Assembly (NCBI RefSeq): GCF_026210795.1
Contig: NC_089432.1
Coordinates: forward strand, 5,456,001 to 5,520,000
Direction of reading: 5' to 3'
Source: Rhizophagus irregularis
Lineage: Eukaryota
Length of the DNA stretch: 64,000 nt
A model generated the notes under the pieces. It had not been told where the DNA came from, did not search any database, and saw only the letters and a program-made list of their open reading frames with translations. Shown piece by piece: positions 25,929 through 38,937 of the stretch; the stretch's first letter is position 1; the number at the start of each line of letters is the position of its first letter. Both the position numbers and the translations under genes were made by a program.

Positions 25929-27383
25929 ATGTTACATTTTTTTGATTCGAGCAATAATGAGCTGACACATCAATCATATGATTTAGAAACGCGGGAACTG
26001 GCGAAACACCGTCTACGTTATTTGAAATCAAGTTATAAAAAATATTTTTTTTGTTATAACAATTATTTGAAACGGCATTATCTTATTATTGCTATATGTA
26101 GTATTGTGATTCTTTTTGGGATTATTATTGTATTATTAAAGTTTGATGGGAAGGAAAATCTGTTGTATAGTTTTAAAGTACTTCAATCTTCTTTTGCTTC
26201 TCTCAGTTCTGGAGCCGGTATTATTGCGTATGGGAGTGACATTTTTTTTCCTAAAAAGAAGGCGCGAGCTAATGAATCCAAAGATGAACCCAATGATGGA
26301 CCCAATGATGAACCCAAAGCTGAGGTCATTCGACTTAGCATAGAAAGAAACTTGGGAGAAAAATTAGATAGGACGACTAATAAACTGCGAGATAAAAGGC
26401 ATGATCTGGAAAAAGCGATGTCATGGCTATCCATATGGGCTATATTTGCTTCAATTATTATTCTTCTTCTTGTCGGGATAGATTTTTTTGGGCTACTACC
26501 TGACATTAAATATCTCGACATTGGGCTAGATCTTTTTCTTAGTATCACTGGTGCTTATTGTTTGTTCTGTACTCATACTCTTAAGACCGTCCTCACTAGC
26601 CCAAGAGGGAAGCTTGAAAGCAGCCACCTTATTCTTTTTGTTTTCGTTATTCCTTGTGCTTCCTTGGTAGGTCTTTTAGATGATGATGTTTGGATAGGGT
26701 CTATTATTTTTGGATTTTTTGCTCCCTGTTACTATAAGGGTAAACATTGGGTAAAGGAAGTTTATTTATCGCCAGACGAGAAGGTTGAAATTCAGTATCT
26801 TCTTCATGGTTTAAATCCAGATTTATCCCTTTTGAGGATTAACAAATTTTGTAAAGAGTTTATTCTTGAAAATCCTGCTAACGAATCAAAATCTAAGTTT
26901 GTCGAAAAAGTTAATGAAATCGAATCCAAATCAAAGAAAGAAATTCTTTATAAACATTTCGAACTCGGAAAAGCGCTTGTAGACCATATCTTTTCTGAGG
27001 CTGAGGATAAATCTCCAGAAGAGTCTGTTGATGAGAAGATTGTAGATATTGTGAAAAAGTTTTCACTCAAGTCCTTTTTTTTTCACCCTGACGTAAAAAT
27101 TATTAAACAACATTATATGGAATTCAGTGAATTCCAAAGGGGGCTTACGCTTGCTGAGTTTTTTGATAGGTATCCTCAAATAAGGCATAGGGAATTGATT
27201 TCCAAGGAGATTGACGCTGCTCACAATGCTCTTAAAGTCTATTCCATTTTTAATGACGAAAAAGGCATTGGAAAAGATAAAATCAAACTAACCAAAACGT
27301 TCTCCGACTCCTCTATTGGGAAACTCACCAGAAACGAGATTTTTAATATTATTGAAATGGTTAAGTCAATTTCGACACAATAA
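25929..27383 (+). CDS. Uncharacterised multi-pass membrane protein (~5-6 hydrophobic segments) with soluble C-terminal domain; paralogue 1
   Basis: Intronless ORF. ATG 25929 has the same TTTGCAAAG-ATG context as the paralogue's start. Collinear with 28026-29462 (RELAKHRLR, AMSW.SIWAI.ASI, GLLPDIKYLD.GLD, AHNALKVY). Confidence 0.85.
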   Translation: MLHFFDSSNNELTHQSYDLETRELAKHRLRYLKSSYKKYFFCYNNYLKRHYLIIAICSIVILFGIIIVLLKFDGKENLLYSFKVLQSSFASLSSGAGIIAYGSDIFFPKKKARANESKDEPNDGPNDEPKAEVIRLSIERNLGEKLDRTTNKLRDKRHDLEKAMSWLSIWAIFASIIILLLVGIDFFGLLPDIKYLDIGLDLFLSITGAYCLFCTHTLKTVLTSPRGKLESSHLILFVFVIPCASLVGLLDDDVWIGSIIFGFFAPCYYKGKHWVKEVYLSPDEKVEIQYLLHGLNPDLSLLRINKFCKEFILENPANESKSKFVEKVNEIESKSKKEILYKHFELGKALVDHIFSEAEDKSPEESVDEKIVDIVKKFSLKSFFFHPDVKIIKQHYMEFSEFQRGLTLAEFFDRYPQIRHRELISKEIDAAHNALKVYSIFNDEKGIGKDKIKLTKTFSDSSIGKLTRNEIFNIIEMVKSISTQ

Positions 27384-28025
27384 TTTCTTTGTACTTCTGA
27401 ATTAGCAAAATTCTATTTATTTTATGTATCATAAAAATTTTATTTCTGTTATCATCATATTGAAATTTGTATTAGTTTCTTATTTTAAAAATTTGAATAA
27501 AATACCGTAATGTACATATATTGTTTCTTTAAAATTTATACAAATCAAATATAACCATCTGTTAATCTTAGTAAATCCATCCTAATTTGTCTTTTACAAT
27601 GAACTTAGATTTGTAACAATTACTAAGGATCTTTTTTTTTTTTTACATGAATAATTTATCCTTTAACAGAATTCATTGAGTTATGCGTTAATATGCAAGA
27701 TTGCGCCAAAATAAAAAATGACTATTTACGGAACAATGATAGTTACGAGTTTTCAGTTCCGGAATTATAAAAATGCGTGATAAAATTTCGACCGGAATTA
27801 TCTAAAAAAGGAATGATACACTATTTAATAGGCCTATTTTGGCGTGTCTAATCGGGTGATCAGCTAATTTTTATCACAAAAAAAAAAAATTCTTGATAAT
27901 CACTGCCCCGCACCTGATTATGCAGTGAACATCATAAAAACAAGTTTATATAATATAATATGTTAGCACATATAAAAACTCTGGGCGTCCGATAAAAGAT
28001 TTTTCTGCTAAGGATTTTTGCAAAG

Positions 28026-29462
28026 ATGAGTACAGAATTTAGCGAGAATGGAAAGTCTGATTCTTCTGATTCAAGCAAGAATGGGCCGCTAGAAATTGAC
28101 AAGTTGGAAGCGCGGGAACTGGCGAAACACCGTCTACGTCAATTGACAGAGAGTAATGATGAATATCGTTCTCTTTACGACTGTTTTTTGCAATGGCATT
28201 ATCTTATTGTTTCTGTTTGTGGTGTTGTGGCTCTTTTTGGGATTACTATTGCAATTTTGAAGCTTATGGAGAAGGAAATTTTGTTAGACGTATTTAGATT
28301 GTTACAATCTTCTTTTGCTTCTATCATTTCTGGGGGTAGTATTATTGCGCTTGGAAGTAGTTATTTTTTTTTTGATAATGATAAAGATGAATCCAAAAAT
28401 GAACCCAAAGATGAGGTCATTCAACTTTGTATGAAAGGAGATTTGGGAGAAAAACTAGAAACGACAACTATGACATTGCGAGAGAAAAGGAATGATCTGG
28501 AACAAGCGATGTCATGGCAATCTATATGGGCTATACATGCTTCTATTGTTGTTCTTCTTCTTGTTGGGATAGATTATTTTGGGCTACTACCTGACATTAA
28601 ATATCTTGATGTTGGGCTAGATTTTCTTCTTAGTTTGACCGGGATTTATTATTTGTTCTGTGAGTGTATTCTTAAGTCCGTTCTCTCTAACCCAAGAGAG
28701 GAGCTTGAAAACAACCACCTTATTCTTTTTCTTTTTGTCATTCCTTGTGCTCTCTCGGTAGGTCTTCTGGAAAGCGATGAGACTCGGATATGGACGATTA
28801 TTTTTTATTTTTTTAGACCCTATGCCTCTAAGGATAGGAATTGGATAAAGGAGGTTTATTTGTCGCGAGACGAGAAAGTTGAAATTGCGTATCTTCTTCG
28901 TGGTTTAGATCCGGATATATCTCTTTTAAAAGTTAAAAAATTTAATGAAGAGTTAAACGAGAATACACCGCTCCAATACAATAAAAAGTCAGTCGACGAT
29001 AAATCTAAATCTTTTATCGAGTCAGTTAATGATATCGAATTCAATGCAAATCAACAAATTTTTGAAGAATATTACAACCTTGGAGAAGCGCTTGAAAAAT
29101 GCTTAAGAGGCAATGTCTCTCCTGGATATTCTCAAAGACCTGAGTACAAAGAGATTATAGAAAAATTTTCATTTATCAAGTCCGACGTAGAAAAAATTCT
29201 TAACCATTATATTGATTTCTACAACAGCGGAAGTGGACTTACGCTTAAAAAGTTTTTTGCTAAGTATCCTAAACAAAAGCATAAAAATCTGTCTGATGAA
29301 GAGATTTACGTTGCTCACAATGCTCTCAAAGTCTACTGCATTTTCAATAAGATTGACAAAGGTAAAATCGAGAAGTTCAAAAAATTCCCCGCCCACTCTA
29401 TTGGGAAATTCACCAGAAATGAGATTTTTGAAATTATAGTTGAAGTTGAAAAAAAAAAATAA
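28026..29462 (+). CDS. Uncharacterised multi-pass membrane protein; paralogue 2
   Basis: Intronless 478-aa ORF, collinear with paralogue 1. Confidence 0.88.
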   Translation: MSTEFSENGKSDSSDSSKNGPLEIDKLEARELAKHRLRQLTESNDEYRSLYDCFLQWHYLIVSVCGVVALFGITIAILKLMEKEILLDVFRLLQSSFASIISGGSIIALGSSYFFFDNDKDESKNEPKDEVIQLCMKGDLGEKLETTTMTLREKRNDLEQAMSWQSIWAIHASIVVLLLVGIDYFGLLPDIKYLDVGLDFLLSLTGIYYLFCECILKSVLSNPREELENNHLILFLFVIPCALSVGLLESDETRIWTIIFYFFRPYASKDRNWIKEVYLSRDEKVEIAYLLRGLDPDISLLKVKKFNEELNENTPLQYNKKSVDDKSKSFIESVNDIEFNANQQIFEEYYNLGEALEKCLRGNVSPGYSQRPEYKEIIEKFSFIKSDVEKILNHYIDFYNSGSGLTLKKFFAKYPKQKHKNLSDEEIYVAHNALKVYCIFNKIDKGKIEKFKKFPAHSIGKFTRNEIFEIIVEVEKKK

Positions 29463-30045
29463 CGAGTAAACGTTGAACTTTGAGTGGAGCTTAAAGTAAT
29501 TGCTAAGCTTAACAAAAGAACCTTTTTACAATTAGGTAACTACTACTTCGTCAATTGTCATGCAATTGTCGATCATTTTCTGACTTGTTAATAATAATTT
29601 GATATTGTAACCTCGGAAATTAATATCAAATCTAATAAATCTAATAAATAAAAATCAAGTTTGTAATCTATGTAAGCAGGTTTAAAATTGAAATCCGTAT
29701 ACACTGTAGTAACATTTAAATAGCCCTTTTTATCATAAGGCATAATAAAAGAAGATTTAAAGAATTGAAATTTAATATCAATTCCGTTCGGATGAAGACA
29801 TAAAACTCATGAAATCACAAAAACAACTTAGGATGCAATATTTAAAATCAAATCGCAGATTTATATCGCGGGCTAAAATTTCACATGTATTTTTTTTTGC
29901 ACATTTTCCCCGATGATGCAATAAGAACCGATCACAAATAAAAAAGAGAAAATTAATTTTTATACTAATCGCTTATTTAATATGTCATATAAAATGATAA
30001 GTAAAGTGTATTACATATAACGCGATAGATCATGTCTTCACCTGT

Positions 30046-30585
30046 TTATCTTAGTTTAGTTTTATGGTTTTTTTTGTGACCTGGCTAGAGAAAGGTCGGT
30101 CACGACGGGTGTGGTATGCATGGGTTACTCGGGAGTTCGTGATGAAAAACCAGGAGTTAGTTGGAGTCAGTAGTTTGTGTTTCTACATCCCTGAGTGATG
30201 CTAGTTTATGTTTTTGTTTTTTATTTTAGTTTAGTTTTGGATGGCCGTCTGGTGTTTTCTCTTAGCGTATTATTATTTATTTAAGATAGACTGGTTAGTT
30301 ATAGGGTTATCGTTGTCCGACGTTACCTCTATGTATTTGTTATATTTTGTTTACAGCTATTTGCAAAAATAACGGGTCGATTTTCGACTACGCATAGTAA
30401 GCTGCTAGAATTATGTGATATACTGAAAAATGAGTTTGACGGTCCGGGCAGATATTACCATGCATATGACTGCATATGAAAATTTCATATACAGTCGAAA
30501 AATGAATTAGGTGGTCCGTTATTTTCGCAAATAGCTGTAAACACATAATAAAATAAATGCGCTGCTAATAACTACAAAAAAAAAA
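30046..30585 (+). mobile_element. Short retroposed insert (SINE-like or 5'-truncated LINE 3' UTR)
   Basis: 14-bp TSD ATGTCTTCA(C/T)CTGT (30032-45, 30586-99); poly(A) tail at 30576-30586; AATAAA upstream. Confidence 0.8.
30354..30537. mobile_element. Tc1/mariner-type MITE, 184 bp, nested in the retroposed insert
   Basis: 22-bp TIR CAGCTATTTGC(A/G)AAAATAACGG; TA TSD. Confidence 0.88.
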
Positions 30586-30760
30586 ATGTCTTCATCTGTG
30601 GCAAATGTTCACAGTTCACGCCTATCATATGATCAGCCGGTAGTCTTACAGCTGATTTCATATAATATACGGGACACCTAATAGTTACTGAGGTACATTT
30701 GGTAAAACCCGGTAAAGTTCAGAATACAGTAAGGTAAAACCATCAATCACTGCGCATGTA

Positions 30761-32070
30761 TTTTTTTTTTTAATTAAATAGTAACGCATTTTATTAATTA
30801 TTTAAATTTAATACAAATTACATAATTAATTATTAAAACACCTAGATCTTATCGAAAATAAATTTCTCAAAACCCTATGACTAAGTATTCTAAGATCAAA
30901 TATCTAATATTAACTATCATAAAAATTGACTATTTAAAGTAATTATGTACGTAAAAATTTAAAATTAAAATTTATAACTTTTGATCGTTAAATCTCATCT
31001 GTAATTTACTCCTATTAACCTATTTAACGTTACTAAATTAATATTTTTGTTAAATTTATTTTTTTCTATTTTTTCTAATTTTTGTTTTCGATATCTTTAT
31101 CCGTCATGTGATCTTCATCTATTCTGTTTCTCTTTTTCCTCAGATCTATTTTTTGTATACCTTCCTTTTGTTCTATTCTTTTTATTTCTTCACATCTTGG
31201 TATCCATATTCTGTTTTTGAATTCTTTGTAAATAAAATTCCATAATCTTTTTATAACTGCTTTTTCTTCTTTCTTTTGCGTTAGTTTATTGAAATTCTCG
31301 TTGTACACTCCTCTAAGTATCTCCCATATTCGACTTTTACCTCTTAAATTATCGAAGGGTGTTCTAAGATCCTTATGAAGTCAAAATTATAATTTCTTTC
31401 AGTCGTAATTGTTGTATCATTAATGTCAGTTGTATCATCTAGACTTTTTTCAAATTTATATATTGCTTCTTGTACAATTTCATCTATCGTAATTTCGTTA
31501 TCTTCACATAACCAAATATGTTCCCAAGTTTCTTTCTCATTTTTACCACATCTTTTGCATTCTTCATTTTCTATTTTATTAGTATTTCTTTTATTTCTTT
31601 TAAAAAGAGTGCCGTAAGTTGGCTGTTCTTTTAATAAATTTTTAATACAGCCATTTCTGAAATTGTACATGAATAGGTCATCTAGTTTTTCGCTATTGAG
31701 AATTTCATTTTTCCATATCACGTTCGTAACTTTCTTTTTCCAGTTCCGAAATCCTCCAGTTATAATTTTTTTATTCCAAATTAAATTATATTCGTTAACT
31801 AATAGTGCTTCTTCTACTATCTCGACTTGATGATTTATCATCTGCTTTATTATTTTATCATTCAAACTTTCTCTCATCTTCTTTTTTAAATTTTTCACTA
31901 TTTTATATTCTTTTTCGTTACAGTCCATTATAACTATATTATTTTTTTCTAAAAATTCTTCTATAAATAATAATTTTAAATAGAATTCATTATCAATCTT
32001 CCGCCTATTACTCATATTCTTTGTAAATTCATATATTATATTATTAATATATTCATCTATAATATACTAA
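30761..32070 (-). mobile_element. Non-LTR retrotransposon 3' relic with poly(A)
   Basis: ORFs 31344-32015 (CKRCGKNEKETWEHIWLC) and 31075-31308 (IWIPRCEEIKRIE); T-run at 30761-30771; homologous to 20766-21600. Confidence 0.75.
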
Positions 32071-33025
32071 AAAAATTGATTACGTTTAGATTAATCTGTA
32101 TAAATTAATTTTGAATTGCTGATCTGTATTCTTTATAGCTAAGAGCCTAAGACCCGTAAGTCATTGTTATATCTAATTCAATTCCGGTTAATGAAATTTT
32201 AATCGGATTATTAGTTCATTTTTTTTCCCTTTTTTTTAATTTTCATTTTTTTCCCTTGAATCGATCCTTTACTTTCAGTTCTTTCTTTTTTTTTAAGTTT
32301 CCTCTTTTCTCTTCCAAACCTTTTCCTTTTCTTTTCCTTTTTTTTTTCCTTTTTTTTAAAAAAAAATCTTCATTTTTTTTTCCTCTTTTTCGGTTTGGTT
32401 TTTTTTTCCAACCCGAGAATTTTATTAGTTGTTTTTCCCAAACTGAAAAATTTTTTTTTATTGGTCTTTTAAGACCGATTTTTTTTATATTATTATTTTT
32501 TTCGGTCTTTTTTTTAGACCGTATTATTAATTTATTTTTTTAAATTTTTTTTTTCAGTCTTTTTGGACCAGATTATTCTTTTTTTTTTCAGAATTTTTTT
32601 CGGGACTTATTTTTTTTACGGATTCCTTTTTTTCTTTCCTTATCCTTTTTCTTTCCCCTAAATTTTATTTTTCACTTTTTTTTTAATTTTCTACATTGTT
32701 ATTTTTTTTTCCCAAACCACATTCTTAAGCCATCTAGATTTGGATCGGTGATCGGATTGACGCTGTGGCACTACGGTAATTGCCTTTTTTCCCGATTCTT
32801 CTTATTATTATTAGTAATAATATTTTCCCTGATTATTTTTAAGGCTCAATATAAATAGACTGACATATAATTTACTTATTTATTTTTGTAACAATAGATC
32901 GGTTAGTAAATTCTATGGGAAATGTTTTTTTCATGACAATAGATTGTTATAATTGGGGAATTTTTTTTTTCATAGCAATAGATTGTTATAATTAATTTTT
33001 GGGGAATTGTGAGATATTTTTTTAG

Positions 33026-33689
33026 GAGGATTGCTAACCGTCGCCTGGGTGATCACCGCCTGGGTTTTTTTTTCAAATATGTCACATGATGTACAAATTT
33101 ATTGCTGATTTTTTAACTTAGTTATTTTGATCGGTTAAACTTAAAATTTTATTGCAAAGATATTTTTTAAAAAAAAATTTTTTGCATATTTATTTAAAAT
33201 AATCTTATTTAATGAAATTTTATTTGCAAATATTAAAATTTAAGCCACACATTTACGATTTTAAAGAAAAAAATCACCATATTTAAACAATAACAATAAA
33301 TAAAAAGATAAATAAATTACAATGACCAAGGAGAAAGATGCTAATAAAAAAATGAAATCAGTATAATTTCAATTTTATAAATACATATGCATATTAAGAT
33401 CGTACATATGATGTGTACTAAAATTTTGAAAATTTGACTAAAAAAATCCTTTTTAAAACAAAAAATGTATTTTACTTATAAAATCAAACTTTCCTGTTTT
33501 TCTCAAAAACTATCTAAACAACAGCTTTTATAATCTAAGGGAAACTTGTTCTACTCATAAATATATATTATTACATATATTAATGATATTTATATTATAA
33601 TTAGAATAATATCTCAGTCAAAAATTTTGAAAATTCAAAAAATATTTTTGTGTGGTGACGATCACCACTGGTGATATTTAGCAATACCC
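33026..33689. mobile_element. Possible degenerate MITE
   Basis: Imperfect inverted ends G(A/G)G.ATTGCTAA..GGTGATC..; no clear TSD. Confidence 0.35.
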
Positions 33690-34681
33690 GAAGTACTTCT
33701 TTAGAATAATTATCAACCCTCTGAGCTTCTATGCAAATTATCTTGAAAAATTGGCAAGGCTAATTTCCATGCCATCTATTGCTATTACAAATTTGGCTTA
33801 ACAGTAATTATTTGTCTCAATGAATTAATAGAGAAATGGCAGAAGAAGGCACGACATAAGTTAAATACAGAGGTTCAGAGATATTTACCAGCTGGTACTT
33901 CTTTAGCTATGTGTAGTAAAGGATAAAATTAAAAAGGCTAGAAAATATATGCTATTTATAATGTTATAGGCCCATTTATAATTCATTGGGTTCATACATT
34001 TTCTATAGAACAGATCTCAGCTTTTAAAGAAGATGATATTATTGATATTAACTTCATAAAAACAAAATTACCAAGGCCTGAAATACCACGAATATATGAA
34101 ACACCTTTCAGGTGTTTTATTATATCATTTTTATGTCTTTATATTTTTATGCCTATTTGTTGTATATATAATGATATGACATTATTCTAGAGTTAATTAC
34201 TTAGAAAAGTGTTATTTTTTAAAAATTTTCAGTTGCAGCTCGCGCGATTTAATAAAATAATATGTTTTATTTTAAAATAGTACTCAAGAGCGTGTTTCTA
34301 TATATATATAATATATTTATAAAATTATGGTCATCGATAAAGCGATAAAGAGTAGTATACGTAAAAATTAAGAAATATAATTATCGTGAATTATCTAATC
34401 TGGAAAAAATCTTAAGGAATATAGTATTTTATTTAGTAATATACGATTCACTGATAATCCTGTCAATTATTTTTACAAATTTTTATCAAACACATTAAAA
34501 AATATGATTAGCTTAATGTTTATTTAGTATCAATTATTCAAATAAAGTACCATGATGATAAGCTAAAATTGCTCATAAAATTTATTATTTTTTTTACATC
34601 AGAGATTTATCACAGATAAATTTCTAAAACCAATAATTACCGTTCGTGTAAATATCTTTTCAGTATACTATGAATAAACAT

Positions 34682-36470
34682 CTATAAAATAACATCTGTA
34701 TTTGTTAATTCGTCTAATTTATTTTGTGCATTTTTGTGTCCCCGTTCAGCAGATTTTTTATACCAATAAATTGCTTGATCAATATCTTTTTTAATCCCAT
34801 CACCACTTTCGTACATCAAAGCAAGATTATATTGAGCTACATCACTTTCTAATTGCGCAGCTTTTTGATATATTTCAAATGCCTTTTGCTTATTAATATC
34901 AGTTCCAACACCCTTTCTATAACAATTTCCTAAATTATTCATTCCATATGAATCTCCTAAATCTGCTGATTTTTGATAAAATTCAAATGCTTTTTGTAAA
35001 TTAATATCAATACCAATTCCTTTTCTATAACAACGTCCTAAATTATTCATTCCATGTGTATTTCCTAAATCTGCTGCTTTTTTATTTAATTCAAATGCTT
35101 TTTGCACATTAACATCAGTTCCGATTCCTTTTTCATAACAAGTTCCTAAGCTACTTAGACCAGTTGAACTTCCTAAATCTGCAGATTTTTGAAATAATTC
35201 AAATGCTTTTTGCGCGTTAACATCAGTTCCAATTCCTTTATTATAACATTGACCTAAGTTATCCATTGCATATGAATTCCCTAAATCAGCTGCTTTTTGA
35301 GTGAGTTCAAACGCCATTTGCATATTAACATCAGTTCCGATTCCTCTTCCATAACAATATCCTAAATTACCTATCCCATTTGAATTTCCTAAATCCGCCG
35401 CCTTTTGATACAATTCAAATGCTTTTTGTTTATCAATATCAGTTCCCATTCCTTTTTCATAACAATAACCTAAATAATTAATTCCACAAGCAGATTCTTG
35501 TTTTGCTAATTTATTAGATAATTCAAAAGCAAATTTGTAATTTTTATCAACACCTTGCCCAATAATATATAAATAGATAAGATAAAGTTGTGCTACATTA
35601 TTATCCAAATCTGCAGCTTTTTGAAACAATTCATATGCTTTTTTCACATTAATATCAGTTTCAATTCCATAATAATTAAGATATCCAAGTAATATGATAG
35701 AATTTGAATTATTTTGATTATTTAATAACCAAGTATAGATTTCTTTTGAAGTTAATTTATGATTACTAATATTAAAAAGAACATTTTGTTTTATTACTTC
35801 TTTATCATTTCCTTCATTAAGTTTCTTATAAATAAGATTAACCAATTCATCAACCAAATTGCTTAAACAAATCGATGTCATGTTCGTCTCATACAATAAA
35901 TTAACATTTGATTTATCAACATTGTCTGAATCAATTCGCATTTGAGAATTTACTATTACATTTGTTTTCATAATAATTTCTTTTAATTTTACAACTACTT
36001 GATCCATAGTTGGCCTATTGTCTGGTTCACTATTCCAGCATTCTAATATGTATACATATATTAATTTAGTAAAGATTTAAAATTAAAATAACGAACAAAT
36101 AATATATAAAATATTTACCAGTATAAAGTTTAGAATAATCGGAAGGAGAGTTTGGAACAATCGTTTCTCTGTAACCTTGTAAAATTCGCATAACTAAACC
36201 AGCATCATATGATTCATCTTCAAATGGTAATTTACCACTTGATATCTCCCATAAAAGTACGCCAATACTGTAAACATCACTCTTCTTATTTAATAAGTAT
36301 GGTTGCGTTAATTTGTTACTACCAGTGAACCTTTTAGGATCAGTATAAGGAACTAAACCGAATAAGTCTGTCTGATGTTTACATATTTCTTTGATTCTTT
36401 TTGATAACCCAAAATCAACTAATTTAATATTATTTTGATGTACTATTATATTGTCGGAGTGCTTATTAAA

Positions 36471-36505
<35 letters not shown>

Positions 36506-37242
36506 TATAAGTATAATTATTAAATTAAAAAAAAAAATTACAAATAATTTAATGAAATAAAGTAAAATTACCAGATCACGATGGATAATTCCTTCATCAT
36601 GTAAACATGATATAGCACAAACCAATTGGTATGCTAATCTGTATTTATCAGGCCATGTAAGATTTTTAAAATTTTCTTTCAAATAATTTTGAAGAGAATC
36701 ACCATCAGTATACTCCATCACTAATAAATATTTATTTGATTTTACGTTTTGACTTCCTAATTTTTTAAAGGGATAAAAAAAATTAATTTTATTTTATTAA
36801 CTTGTTTATAAACAAAATTTAAATATTTTATTTATACCTTTTTCTGTAATCCCATATAATCGAATAACATTATCATATAAGTCAAGTTCACATTGAAGTT
36901 TAAGCTAAAATTATATAAACGTAATTAATAAATTAATATATATGTATTTAATAAATTTTATAAACGTAAATTAATAAATTAATATATACGTATTTTAGTA
37001 AAATTATAAATTATTACCTCATGTAAAATTTCTTTTACAACATTATTATTAAATTTAAAAAAAGATTTTAAAATAACATATTTTTCCGAATTTTTCCAAT
37101 TCGCACTATAAACTTTTCCAAGAGCATCATCATCAATTTTTTTTATATTATGAAAATGTTTATATTCATAATATTTTATTTGTTTACTAGAAATAGCTTC
37201 TTCAATTAAATTAATTTGTTCATTTTCATTTTTATCAGACAT
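34682..37242 (-). CDS. Tyrosine-kinase-like domain plus Sel1-repeat protein (Skt5-like), 5 exons
   Basis: Exons 37242-37018, 36904-36838, 36756-36572, 36461-36119 and 36042-34682 splice in frame. Motifs HRDL|HSDN, LVDFG, KSDVYSIG, CWNSEPDNRP; ~9 Sel1 repeats. Confidence 0.9.
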
Positions 37243-38937
37243 TATTTATTATTTGCAGAAAATAAAAAAAAAATTAGAGCACTTTTTTTTTTAAAAAAAA
37301 AAAGTGACGTTTTTGGTTAAAATAAGTCACACGAAAGATCTGCGCACGCACAATAAGTCACACGAATTTCTAATTACTTGTTTATTTAATTGTTATATTC
37401 GAAACGCCAACATTTCTGAAAATGGCAATGAAATTGTTATTAAAGGAAAAATATTTATAAAATATTTATTTATAAAAATATCTAAATAATAGGAATTTTC
37501 TATATTCAAAATAATGTTGCGCCAAAAAAGAAAATGATCTGCAATGAAGTCATTCAAAGAAATTTTTTGTGATACCTAACTAACAAGCGTGCTGTAATTT
37601 ATATGGAAACTGCAGAAGAAACAGAAGTGAATAATAATAAATAATTACGCAAATAAAGTTTTTACTTTCGACAATGAAATTTATTTATGACTAAAATTTT
37701 CATATTATGTTTTTTTATATGCTGTGTAAAAATTATAAGTATGAAACTTCTACCGTAATAATAAATCTGGACGCACCACCTCGGGTTACACCAATATTAA
37801 TATCGAACGCCGCATTGTGACAAAATATTGCCTGTGGTAAATAAATGAAATGAAGTAGTGAATTATTACAAGAATGTGATTTACGGACTTACTATTATGT
37901 AATATATCGATAAATTTATAATTGTTAACAATATAAAGTGGGAGATCCAAATTCGTCCGAATATTGATTGTTACGGGTGTGACATTTATTGAATTTTCAA
38001 TTCTTAAAAAATAATAAAATAAAATTTTTATTATTTTATAATACTCGTTCACACTTAATTAAATTAAATAAACAAATAAACAAATATTATTTTTATACAC
38101 TATTGTTACTCCATAAATATTGATAACTCTAGTTGAATAATTTTACTTGTTTGTTTCATTTAACAAAAGTGCTAAAATTACGTGCACGGCACAGTAAATC
38201 TATAACCATTTGATTTTATATAGCTAAAATACTGAAATTACGTAATAAAATTAAACCACAGTTAATTTCATTAAACAATTTGTTCTACAAGAACAATGTT
38301 AACAAAGTTAATAAACATTGGTGTTCCGTATTTGTTAAATAACTCTACTTAGTCACTGAAAGTATATCATAAATTATCATGTATTCTGCAGATTGGCGGT
38401 TATGATTAAATAATAAATTAAATAAATTAACAAGAGTTTGTTAAATTATTAAATATGTACATTATAAATTACAAGAATGTAATAAATAAAAAAAAATTAA
38501 TTTAATCACAGTATGTTAAAAAAATCTAGCTATTTTAGCTAGAAATCTTTTTTTCAAAAAAAAAATAATAATAATAATAATAATTTTGTAGTGTTTTGTT
38601 AAGCTTCGGATACCTCTATTTGCCCATCCAATAACTAATATTCACTTGAGAGACACTTTCGTGGCGTAGTTAGAATCACGTGTATGAATTCTTTGGTTAT
38701 TTTATTAATTTTGATCTGTTATTATCACTAATCCACTATCAACCTCTTTGTCTACAATATAAAATAATTTACCAACCTCAATTAAAAAGGGATAGAAGAC
38801 TGATAGAAGTAATAATCCAAGTTGTTTCGAAAGATTAGCATTGATAATATACTATATTAAATGAATTTATTGAATATATTTAAGTATTCAGTTACTATTA
38901 TAATATAATGATTATATATCATTCGTTCTAAAGCAAT

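Noticed and set aside
26183..29515. Antisense and alternative-frame ORFs over the membrane-protein genes (likewise those over 50596-53884)
   Set aside because: They are shadow ORFs of real CDSs with no recognisable motifs.
32200..32720. Phe-rich ORF 32256-32543
   Set aside because: Poly-T low-complexity artefact.
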